Of a stretch of 64,000 bases of DNA, positions 10,401 through 16,927 are shown one piece after another; position 1 is the stretch's first letter, and each line of letters starts with the position of its first letter. Below the pieces are notes generated by a model. That model was not told the DNA's origin. It did not search any database and worked only from the letters and a program-made list of their open reading frames with translations. The stretch lies in contig JAQBRI010000008.1 of assembly GCA_028286585.1 (NCBI GenBank), positions 18,514-82,513 of the forward strand, in the 5' to 3' direction. The position numbers and the translations under genes are program-made. The stretch is from Candidatus Kaiserbacteria bacterium. Lineage in GTDB: Bacteria; Patescibacteriota; Minisyncoccia; Phycocordibacterales; UBA2100.

Positions 10401-13040
10401 TGTTATGCAGCAAATGCCACATATGGAGCACAGAATGTATATGATACAAACACGAAAGGCGTTTGGCATCTCCAAGAAAATACTTCGGCTATAGGCGGGG
10501 TTAAGGACTCGACAGTCAATAGTCACAATGCAACGATGTACAGCAATTATTCAGCATTTGCAATCGGAACCTCTACTGGCAAGCTAGGATCTGCGGTAAC
10601 GTTTGATGGAATCGACGATACGATTGATGTGCCAGACAGCAGCGATTTTGAAGCAAACGCGATGACTATCGAATCGTGGGCATACTTCAACTCATTGCCA
10701 GGAACAAGGGGAGAGACTGCAGATCTTGTTGCCAAAAAACATGCTTCTTCACCTTGGTCTTCGTACGCATCATATGTATCTAGCCCAACTAACCGCGTGG
10801 ATGGTTCTTGGGCTGATGCAAGCGGAACGACAGCATACGCCGGAACGTCAGCTGGAGGAGGTGTAGCAACCAGTACCTGGACATACGCTGTATTGCGTCA
10901 TGATCCAGGAACTACAACTGCAGAGTTACAGGTACGTGCAAACGCATCGAGCGCAAATACATATACTGCAAATACTACTGGTACCACCTTTAATTCAAAT
11001 GATGTACTCCGATTTGGTGCAGACTATGCGGGAGGAAATAGACTTTCCGGGAGACTCGATGAAATTCGTATACATAACATCGCACTTAGTGATAATTATC
11101 TTTTGACGAGGTATAACAATATGAATTCGCCTTCGAATTTTTGGTCTGTCGGCAGCTCGACTCCATACTCGGCAACAACGTCATCGGTTTATACCGAAAC
11201 ATACACATACAACTTAATTGGTAACATACTTAACAAATCAAATGTTGGTGACTACACATACGCAGGTACCGGCTATGCTAATCCACACGCTGCTACAGCG
11301 ATTAGCGGTACTTCATACGCGTATGACCATAATGGAAACCTTACCTCTCAGGGCACAAAGAGCTACGCTTGGGATTTTAAAAATCAACTTACACAATCTG
11401 TCATAGGTGGTGCAACTACCACTTACGGCTACGACACTAACATGAATCGTGCTTTCCAAACAACTGGAAGTACAACTACGACATATCCAAGCATGTACTT
11501 CTCTTCTACCTATGCGACAAGTAGTACATCAACTTCTACAAAGAATATATTTGTAAATGGCGTACTATTGGCAACCGTTAATTCAACATCTGCAACAAGC
11601 TCGGGCACAGGTACCACAACTACCTATACGCTCTACAGCGATTCTCTCTCCTCCGGATGGGATGATTGGTCGTTTGGTACGACGAATGATTTTGCTGCAA
11701 CTACAACCGTTTATTCTGGTTCAAATTCACTAAAAGCTATCTATACAGGCGCCTGGGGCGGTGTGTATCTGCACAATACAGGCATCAGCACTGCATCTTC
11801 AACAGCACTGCATTTTGCGGTATTCTCGCCCGTTGCATCACCTTATCTCCAAGTACTTGCATATGGAGCAGGTGGCGGCGTCTTGGGCACGGCAGCTATA
11901 AGCGGCTATATTGCAGGAGGTTCAATATCTGCAAATACTTGGTATTCCGTAGATATCCCACTTACTGCACTTAGCGCCACTTCAACCACTGTCACTGGCT
12001 TTGCCTTCCAAAAAGACACTGCAGGCACTATTTACTACGACGACATTAAGCTGATCAATGGAAGCAGTACCGCTTCATCTGTCGTAACTACTACTCTAAG
12101 TTATATTCACCCGGATCTTCTAGGATCCACGAATGTAGTCACGGATGCGACGGCAAACGTGATACAAACACTTGATTACTATCCATACGGAGGAGTGAGA
12201 ATTAATACCGGAACAGACATAACTGCGAGAAAGTACATCGGACAATATCAGGATGCAACATCACTCGACTATCTTAACGCACGGTATTATGATTCAAGTA
12301 GAGGCCAGTTCTTGAGCGAGGATCCGGTGTTTTGGGATAAGCAGCAACTTGATGACCCGCAAAGTTTAAATAGCTATAGTTACGCAAATAATAATCCTGT
12401 ATTGCTACGAGATCCAAGTGGCAGAACACCAAAATGGTTGAATGACTCGGTAAATATTTATACTTTTGGTACTATGGATGCTGCGACAGATATTTGGGCA
12501 AGCAATGCATCAGTTGGCGATAAGGTAAGTGCAGGTTTTTTACTTGGAAATGTCGCGCTCGAAAATACATTACTTTTAGGGATAACGGCATTAAGTTTTG
12601 GTGGGGCTAGTGCACTTGTGCCAGAAGTAGCTGCTAATGGCGCATCATCACGTGCACAATTGCAATCAATACGAATGAGTGTGCAGGAAGAAGTAAATTC
12701 ACTACCAAGTCCTGCCACAGTTGCATCAAGAATAAACTCCGGAGAAGTAGAGCTTTCCAGCGGATTATATTCTCGACCATCAAATGCGACGACACCTGCA
12801 ATGAGACAGGGTGTTAATTATCCCAATGTTACTTGTTCAACATGTGGAAAAAGCGGTGTTCAAATGTATGCCGACCATACTCCAAGTTTAGTTACAGAAT
12901 ATTACACTACTGGTAAAATTGATTATTCTGCATTACGTTTGAGCGCTTCTGTAAGACCGCAATGTGCTTCCTGCTCAGTGCAGCAGGGTGCATTGCTTAG
13001 TTCATGGTCTAAGCAAATAAAAAATAATATTAATAAATGA
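4425..13040 (+). CDS. giant secreted Rhs/YD-repeat polymorphic toxin (Tc-toxin TcB/TcC-like)
   Basis: - Signal peptide: FASIIVSATMLLSPFSALA-QE.
- S/T/P-rich linker.
- SpvB-domain signature: YGYDIKAPRGINGLTPDVSLGYLNNRRDEGSIVGFGWALSVPKISR.
- FG-GAP motifs: DINGDGLLDV, DLNNDGLVDF, DINGDDLPDIV, DTDGDGLVDL.
- Many YD repeats, for example YEYDGKNNL, FTYDGLNRLT, YAYDLANNLT, YTYDAVGNIT.
- Gly-rich insert.
- DUF2341-like (YYLYYGNGGAS) plus LamG-like (DEIRIHNIAL) module.
- RHS core: ARYYDSSRGQFLSEDPV.
- Cleavage-type motif PVLLRDPSGR.
- About 205-aa variable C-terminal domain. Confidence 0.85.
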   Translation: MSYRTRYGSIRILQKGSLFSRFASIIVSATMLLSPFSALAQETPPTDTPSDTTTTAPTSDTTDSTDVPPSDSAASTPTDTTPPSSDNAASQPNLDAPTDESDVSSTAVSKKPISMTSSASIVANPSPQDTPYSNAMPRINVQKDKGSLSYGYDIKAPRGINGLTPDVSLGYLNNRRDEGSIVGFGWALSVPKISRVNKTGVENLYTSNTFTSSIDDELVQVGTSTKYVPRVDNGSYRYYVMATSSWTMYTKDGTVYTFGVLPESREASSTNIATWYVSTSTDSRGNAISYRYTNTNNIVYPDYITYATEGGAPGFKIQFTLQTRTDPITLYKNGFSQSITQRISQIDVYVGSAIRDSYLLGYTSGVNGVRSLLSSITEQATSKEGTVTTLPATFFAYNGALTWQAGTSAPYINIVYGQVFPSGLPGIQKFVDSNSDGINEIRAEYFSNTFTNYITYFDTETNTTKNANSFSGNSLSIGSTGNMNSFPGLGYTPSEGVADGSLIDTRGNFQPDYIHAQVIDASCTGTGTQHFNGGLFLNTGSSAVSNTSSPTSTSPILSLYSCNGGTIRGGGMWGDINGDGLLDVAQNNYNIVAGGFLGAYGIYPNSATYTNNSHGGFTYQSQWESPHLSGFYDPSGPVPYDTQLVDLNNDGLVDFYSINNTSSLNFSAYLNNGQGFSSASSSWNYATGGATSPFDDGVRMMDINGDDLPDIVRSYHVDHQYAGTFASTPPWVSGGSVNEVYVNTGDGFVASSSTVPVTFASYVGGSTSCPTCSYTWNNDFALNNYADTDGDGLVDLGTRSVPKKADMLAVITSTTGASTTISYTPTPQEIQSGAMLNPNLPIIIYTPTEIKTTDNSGVLSDTTYSYTNGLMYYASSTDKTFAGFKSVTETSGNHAITTYYSQGNTNDSSLGEQNDQYALIGKPYRQDVANLSGNILQKTWYRYVATQPNSNNYLVLPSDTIVQSFDVSSNHRERATHYVYDLSGNPVDVTDYGEVAAADSVMSSYSDTGSDLSRTHFEYATSTATSSVPNITTSYISRATQYNQAGIQISDTKHLYDNLAYGLVQRGNETQTPQWIFGSTYATSTQSYNAYGLIISKSDPKFSTTTIAYDSNNLYPATTTNALNQSTLYTYDVRFGLVIKSVDPNGLVASTSYDGLGRPLEIDGQDASSTIVKLLSYNYNDATSSLSMQKITWLNGALSIPVYSYKDGLGRTIQTATQAAVSQWIMQDTTYDSNGRVYRQSLPYFNSTSSKTAATSTAYLYSTTTYDALDRPATTTNAIGFSTILYGTWNSKVTDANGHIKDYIKDARGNLAQVVEHGTSIGTTTYEYDGKNNLATTTDAMGNIRHFTYDGLNRLTLSEDLHSATDTSFGSYSYAYDLANNLTSKITPNGLTISSTYDVLNRQLTEDATTTSNIDSTYTYDSCTNGIGRLCSASSTSAKITNSYYLPGFIASSTTTIKGINYLLSYLYDRQGNQISITYPDNSQVMYSYDDGGLISRVQHAEVGSALSDVISNISYAPINQPAIISYANGATTTKTYDPASLYRLTRIFTTASTTITTVSTSTLGTSTVNILVVGGGGGGGNVSGQGAGGGGAGGYQAYSSFILSPQTYTVTVGAGGSAGSNGGNSIFDSITAIGGGAGGFSNGGNGAAGGSGGGGGGAGSTGGAGTAGQGHFGGNNGSFSGGSSGGGATGVGTDSGSQNGATGAAGTASSISGTSVTYAGGGGGGGGAAPSSGPGGAGGAGGGGAGGVGGFGGYGIAGTANTGGGGGGGGATNANPGGAGGSGIVVISYPTANASLFTCSASTTTSGSNSICKFTSSGTFRMATTTATTTIVTTYIGAPLQDLNYTYDAVGNITRFLDNSITGTAKDVAYTYDNLNRLTQAQITTATSTAGSWYNSSWNYRIPINASSTKVSEDTHDVYLDLSLLPSTFQSNVKSDGCDIRMTKSDGTTELAIDLVRYGSGTGELHFSTGNGLSTSTATTYYLYYGNGGASCYAANATYGAQNVYDTNTKGVWHLQENTSAIGGVKDSTVNSHNATMYSNYSAFAIGTSTGKLGSAVTFDGIDDTIDVPDSSDFEANAMTIESWAYFNSLPGTRGETADLVAKKHASSPWSSYASYVSSPTNRVDGSWADASGTTAYAGTSAGGGVATSTWTYAVLRHDPGTTTAELQVRANASSANTYTANTTGTTFNSNDVLRFGADYAGGNRLSGRLDEIRIHNIALSDNYLLTRYNNMNSPSNFWSVGSSTPYSATTSSVYTETYTYNLIGNILNKSNVGDYTYAGTGYANPHAATAISGTSYAYDHNGNLTSQGTKSYAWDFKNQLTQSVIGGATTTYGYDTNMNRAFQTTGSTTTTYPSMYFSSTYATSSTSTSTKNIFVNGVLLATVNSTSATSSGTGTTTTYTLYSDSLSSGWDDWSFGTTNDFAATTTVYSGSNSLKAIYTGAWGGVYLHNTGISTASSTALHFAVFSPVASPYLQVLAYGAGGGVLGTAAISGYIAGGSISANTWYSVDIPLTALSATSTTVTGFAFQKDTAGTIYYDDIKLINGSSTASSVVTTTLSYIHPDLLGSTNVVTDATANVIQTLDYYPYGGVRINTGTDITARKYIGQYQDATSLDYLNARYYDSSRGQFLSEDPVFWDKQQLDDPQSLNSYSYANNNPVLLRDPSGRTPKWLNDSVNIYTFGTMDAATDIWASNASVGDKVSAGFLLGNVALENTLLLGITALSFGGASALVPEVAANGASSRAQLQSIRMSVQEEVNSLPSPATVASRINSGEVELSSGLYSRPSNATTPAMRQGVNYPNVTCSTCGKSGVQMYADHTPSLVTEYYTTGKIDYSALRLSASVRPQCASCSVQQGALLSSWSKQIKNNINK
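12423..13037 (+). other. hypervariable C-terminal toxin domain of the Rhs protein (unassigned family; two CxxC motifs flank a conserved His)
   Basis: Starts right after DPSG (12411-12422). Contains ...CSTCGKSGVQMYADHTPSL...PQCASCS..., suggesting a Zn-binding module. No confident family call. Confidence 0.45.
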
Positions 13041-13402
13041 GTATGAACCAAAATATATTAAATGAACAGCAAGATATTGTGATTAAGGTGCGGACAACTC
13101 TTGTGCCGTGCGAACCCCAGTCTATGATTGGGGTCGATGAGGGTATATCGAAAAAAATATATCCAATTAATGGTTTAAGACATCCAGTGAATGGTGGTGG
13201 TTCGGGTTGGTTTATTTGGTCCAGTGTAAAAGAAATTCCTCAAGATAATCCAAATTTTTTTAAACCTACACATGCACAGCATATTTATGAATCTTACCCA
13301 TTAATTTCTAAATATCTCGGTCTTCCACCCGGATGGCGCTTTTTAATTGATGACAAGGGGTATGAGGATATTTGGTACGATGCGTCTTTGTTTGAAGTTT
13401 AA
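13037..13402 (+). CDS. putative cognate immunity protein of the Rhs toxin (hypothetical 121 aa)
   Basis: Start overlaps the rhs stop (ATGA, 13037/13040). Small cytoplasmic protein with no known domain. The position is the canonical immunity-gene slot. Confidence 0.5.
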   Translation: MSMNQNILNEQQDIVIKVRTTLVPCEPQSMIGVDEGISKKIYPINGLRHPVNGGGSGWFIWSSVKEIPQDNPNFFKPTHAQHIYESYPLISKYLGLPPGWRFLIDDKGYEDIWYDASLFEV

Positions 13403-13560
13403 CGGTCCTGTTTGGAATGATACTGTCAGGTACTATTTAAATCAAAATTTTTTGTAAAATAATCATATGTCTCGTGACCACGTTTTTCATGCAAATTAAA
13501 TCTAATATCACTTTCCCTGATTAATATGATCAAAAAAATTTCATTCAAAGCTGTAATTAT

Positions 13561-13632
13561 TGCAAATAATGGGGTCAGCCACGATTTATTAAGACATGCA
13601 AATAATGGGGTCAGCCACGATTTATTAAGACA
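13561..13632 (+). repeat. two perfect tandem 36-bp copies of a REP-like element (core AATGGGGTCAGCCACGATTTATTAAGACA)
   Basis: tgcaaataatggggtcagccacgatttattaagaca occurs at 13561-13596 and again at 13597-13632. Confidence 0.85.
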
Positions 13633-13640
13633 AAAATAAT

Positions 13641-13865
13641 ATGAATTCAATTACATTCAGTACTGAAGAATTGATAATTATTAGTGCCGCAATCAGAGAG
13701 ACCTTAGAAGAGCTTGATATCAATGAATTTCAAACTAGAACAGGATTTAATCCGGATAAGTTTGAAGAGTTATACAAAAAAATCGACGAGTGTATCCAGG
13801 GTTAAATGCAAGATGTTCTGGAATAATGCAATAAATGGGGTCAGCCACGGTTTAATTATTGAATA
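13641..13865 (+). CDS. small hypothetical ORF (74 aa) read directly from the sequence; its 3' end runs into a REP copy
   Basis: atg at 13641, in-frame stop taa at 13863-13865. Translates as MNSITFSTEELIIISAAIRETLEELDINEFQTRTGFNPDKFEELYKKIDECIQVKCKMFWNNAINGVSHGLIIE. Absent from the supplied ORF track, so treat it as tentative. The last ~13 aa are REP-encoded. Confidence 0.25.
13833..13860 (+). repeat. REP-like element, left inverted copy flanking the RAYT gene
   Basis: Sequence aatggggtcagccacggtttaattattg. It pairs with the inverted copy at 14575-14595. Confidence 0.8.
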
Positions 13866-13889
13866 ACCTAAAAATGGTATCAATAATTA

Positions 13890-14585
13890 ATGTTACAATT
13901 TCTGTATATGGCACGGGGCGCCAGAGTAGATGTTGGGGGATACATATATCACGTACTCAATCGAGCAAATGCACGATTGCAGATTTTTGATTGCCGAAAA
14001 GATTATCTTCAATTTGAGTCTATTCTCGAGGAAGCAGTTGAGAAATTTGGAATACATCTTCTCGCGTATTGCATAATGCCAAATCACTGGCATTTGGTTA
14101 TTAAAACCGTAGAAGATAGAGATTTACAGAAGTTCATGTGCTGGCTTTCAAATACGCACACGAGGCGTTTTCATGGTGCAAAGCGTACCATCGGCCACGG
14201 TCATTTGTATCAAGGGCGATATAAATCTTTTCTATGCGAAGAAGATCAGCATTTCCTTACTCTCATGCGCTATGTAGAGCGCAACGCAAAGAAGGCAAAT
14301 ATTGTTCCTCTAGCTGAAGATTGGGAATGGTCCAGTGTATGGAGGCGTGAAAGAGGAACCCAAAAGCAAAGAGCACTTCTTACACCACCTCCGGTGCCGC
14401 TCCCTACACAGTATCTTGTGTGGCTCAATGAGCCACAAACAGAATCAGAAGAAATTGCACTAGAGCATGCAATAGAAAAAAACGTACCCTTTGGTACACT
14501 GAATTGGGTCGGGACAATTATTAATACATTTGGTATGCAGCAAACACAAAGAGGAGCTGGAAGACCGAGGATTAATCGTGGCTGA
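13890..14585 (+). mobile_element. REP-associated tyrosine transposase (RAYT; IS200/IS605-like HuH Y1 transposase, COG1943-type)
   Basis: HuH motif MPNHWHLVI and catalytic region GHLYQGRYKSF (aromatic-Q-x-R-aromatic, as in WQRRFWEH of RAYTs). Flanked by inverted REP copies. The stop codon lies inside the right REP. Confidence 0.75.
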
Positions 14586-14595
14586 CCCCATTTCC
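14575..14595 (-). repeat. REP-like element, right inverted copy overlapping the RAYT stop codon
   Basis: Plus strand reads atcgtggctgaccccatttcc. Its reverse complement is ggaaatggggtcagccacgat. Confidence 0.8.
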
Positions 14596-14630
14596 TCACA
14601 GATAAATCTTCAAAAAAAGACTAAAATATT

Positions 14631-14888
14631 ATGAAAAATTTTTTCTTTGGAATTGCTTGCGGAATTATTATTGAAGCACTTAGTGCTTTACCAGTATATC
14701 GATTCGTACAAAGTTTTTATAGTAACTATGTCGATCCCGCACCTTATTTACTTGAGTATCCTGCAATAATACTCATATTTATTGGAATATACCTGCTTTT
14801 AAAGAAGCAATATATAATCCTTGGAGGTATGATTGCCGGTTTTATAGGTAGTTTATTGATACTAGCGTTTCTGCTTAGCGGCGCATAA
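14631..14888 (+). CDS. small hypothetical membrane protein (85 aa, 2-3 TM) inside the REP-delimited segment
   Basis: Hydrophobic segments FFFGIACGIIIEALSAL and AIILIFIGIYLLL...GGMIAGFIGSLLILAFLL. No family. Confidence 0.35.
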   Translation: MKNFFFGIACGIIIEALSALPVYRFVQSFYSNYVDPAPYLLEYPAIILIFIGIYLLLKKQYIILGGMIAGFIGSLLILAFLLSGA

Positions 14889-14893
14889 AAGTG

Positions 14894-14920
14894 AAAATTG
14901 GGATCAGCCACCATTTTATA
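14894..14920 (+). repeat. degenerate REP-like copy
   Basis: Sequence aaattgggatcagccaccatttta carries two substitutions in the core. Confidence 0.5.
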
Positions 14921-15003
14921 CTTTTCTTCTAATAAAGGGGACAGGCACAATTAATTTTAGAAAACTATGACAATAAATATGCCTGTCCTTATTTTCTTAT
15001 CGT

Positions 15004-15330
15004 ATGAATAAAAATCAAATAAGATTAGTTATTGCAAATGATTTGAGAGGCAGGGCGCATGTAGATCGTTTTAGACAAAAGCAAGATTTAGCTGAAAAAT
15101 TTAATATTGATGCCGGTGATGTGCATAATCAAATTCATCAAATGATGGACTTGGGACAAGTGGTGTCATTAAATGAGCACGAAATACGACTTTCAGTGGA
15201 CGGTGAGAGATTTTATTTCTCGGGCAAGACTGAAAAGATTTCAGAATTCTTTAAAGAGAATTGGCCACATATAACTTCGAATACAATTGCTATTTTAGCA
15301 CTTCTTATATCAATCTTCTTAAAAAGATAA
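15004..15330 (+). CDS. hypothetical protein (108 aa) inside the REP-delimited segment
   Basis: Intact ORF with a C-terminal hydrophobic tail (TIAILALLISIFL). No recognisable domain. Confidence 0.35.
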   Translation: MNKNQIRLVIANDLRGRAHVDRFRQKQDLAEKFNIDAGDVHNQIHQMMDLGQVVSLNEHEIRLSVDGERFYFSGKTEKISEFFKENWPHITSNTIAILALLISIFLKR

Positions 15331-15370
15331 TTTTGATTCTTATTCCTGAAACCAAAAAATTAGAAAGGTG

Positions 15371-15400
15371 ATAATGGGGTCAGCCACGATTTAATTACTG
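15371..15400 (+). repeat. REP-like element, a direct copy nearly identical over 37 bp to the one at 13833
   Basis: ataatggggtcagccacgatttaattactgaataa versus aatggggtcagccacggtttaattattgaataa at 13833. Confidence 0.8.
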
Positions 15401-15410
15401 AATAAAATAG

Positions 15411-15670
15411 TATCCGGTTCTTATAAGTTAGTGAATTTAAATATAATATATAGAGAAGGCGCGGCACCTCGAGAATGCCGCGCTCCCGAGTCATGTCCGA
15501 TATTCTGGACAGACCCGTCTTGGTCATGAGAGTAGTGACGGGGGAGGCTTGGCTTTGAACCCAATCCGATCACTTACGCAGGACGACCAATGCAAATCTG
15601 GCTAAACTATAGAGAATTCAGTACATTATGTCAACTATGAGCATCCTAAAATTGCGCTACAATAAGCGGT
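15411..15670 (+). promoter_or_regulatory. GC-rich hairpin-dense leader upstream of proS (possible cis-regulatory RNA; T-box not confirmed)
   Basis: Hairpins GCGCGGCAcctcgagaaTGCCGCGC and CCCGTCttggtcatgagagtagtGACGGG. No canonical GGGTGGNACCGCG T-box motif seen. Confidence 0.2.
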
Positions 15671-16924
15671 ATGAAGCAATCACAGCTATTCACCCGTACC
15701 AGAAAGGATGCCCCAAAAGATGAAGTTTCAAAGAATGCACAGCTCCTGATTCGTGCCGGATATATTCATAAAGAGATGGCAGGTGTGTATTCGTATCTAC
15801 CACTTGGACTCAGAGTGTTTAATAATATTATTAAGATCATTCGTGAAGAGATGAATGCAATCGGTGGTCAGGAAATCACGATGACCACATTACAATCACC
15901 AAAAGTCTGGGAACAGACAGGACGCTGGAATGATGAGGTTATTGATGTGTGGTTTAAGACTGCGCTAAAAGATGGCGCCGAAGTTGGTCTTGGAGTAACA
16001 CACGAAGAGCCACTCACAGCACTTATGACTGAATACATTCAGTCACATAAGGATCTGCCTGTGTACGTATATCAGTTCCAAACCAAATTTCGTAATGAAA
16101 CCCGTGCAAAAAGCGGCATTATGCGAACACGAGAATTTGTGATGAAGGACATGTATTCGTTTAGTAAGTCCCAAGAAGAATTCAAAATATTTTATGAAAA
16201 GTGCGCAGCAGCATACAAAACAATCTTTGAAAGAGTAGGGCTTGGTAACCATACGTTTCGGACTTTTGCCTCGGGTGGGTCATTTTCAAAGTTTAGCGAT
16301 GAATTTCAAACAATCTGTGAAGCAGGAGAAGATACAATTTATATCCACCGAGCAAAGAACATCGCAATAAATAAGGAGGTCTACAACGAAGAAACTGTCA
16401 AAGATCTAGGTGTTACCATGGAAGAATTTGATCAGGCAAAAGCAGTCGAGGTGGGAAATATCTTTCCACTCGGAACCCGGTTTTCGGATGTGCTTGATTT
16501 AAATTATAAGGATGAGACCGGAAAGGCAATTCCTGTTGTCATGGGTTCGTATGGCATTGGTCCTGCAAGACTTATGGGTACCATTGTTGAGGTATTGTCC
16601 GACGAAAAGGGTATTGTATGGCCAAAAGAGGTTGCGCCATTTGCAGTACATCTTGTTTCGCTTGCGGGAGATAATGTCGACGTCAAAAAGGAGGCAGATC
16701 GCATGTATGAACTTTTGACAGAGAATGGCATCGAAGCTCTCTATGATGATCGGGATCTTCGTGCGGGAGAAAAATTTGCAGACAGTGATTTGATAGGTAT
16801 CCCGCTTCGAATGATCGTTTCCGAAAAGTCGATGGCTGCTGGTAATGTCGAAATAATAAATCGTGCCGACGGAAGCGTGCAGCGCATTGCAGAAAGTAAA
16901 ATAATAGAATTTTTGAAAGGCTAA
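15671..16924 (+). CDS. proS: prolyl-tRNA synthetase (short bacterial-type form without the INS editing insertion)
   Basis: N-terminus MKQSQLFTRTRKDAPKDEVSKNAQLLIRAGYIHK..YSYLPLGLRV. Motif 2 TREFVMKDMYSF. C-terminal class-II anticodon-binding domain. Only 417 aa. Confidence 0.85.
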   Translation: MKQSQLFTRTRKDAPKDEVSKNAQLLIRAGYIHKEMAGVYSYLPLGLRVFNNIIKIIREEMNAIGGQEITMTTLQSPKVWEQTGRWNDEVIDVWFKTALKDGAEVGLGVTHEEPLTALMTEYIQSHKDLPVYVYQFQTKFRNETRAKSGIMRTREFVMKDMYSFSKSQEEFKIFYEKCAAAYKTIFERVGLGNHTFRTFASGGSFSKFSDEFQTICEAGEDTIYIHRAKNIAINKEVYNEETVKDLGVTMEEFDQAKAVEVGNIFPLGTRFSDVLDLNYKDETGKAIPVVMGSYGIGPARLMGTIVEVLSDEKGIVWPKEVAPFAVHLVSLAGDNVDVKKEADRMYELLTENGIEALYDDRDLRAGEKFADSDLIGIPLRMIVSEKSMAAGNVEIINRADGSVQRIAESKIIEFLKG

Positions 16925-16927
16925 TGT

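Noticed and set aside
13426-13650. 74-aa minus-strand ORF (MNSYYFCLNKSWLTPLFACLNKSWLTPLFA...) with an internal perfect peptide repeat
   Set aside because: It is simply the translation of the two tandem 36-bp REP copies on the opposite strand, and it uses a TTG start. Spurious.
15411-15670. Possible RNase P RNA, SRP RNA, tmRNA or T-box in the proS leader
   Set aside because: Key conserved motifs are absent: GGAAAGTCCGGGCTCC for RNase P, GGAAGCAGC for SRP, an alanine-rich tag ORF with tRNA-like ends for tmRNA, GGGTGGNACCGCG for T-box. Kept only as an unclassified structured leader.
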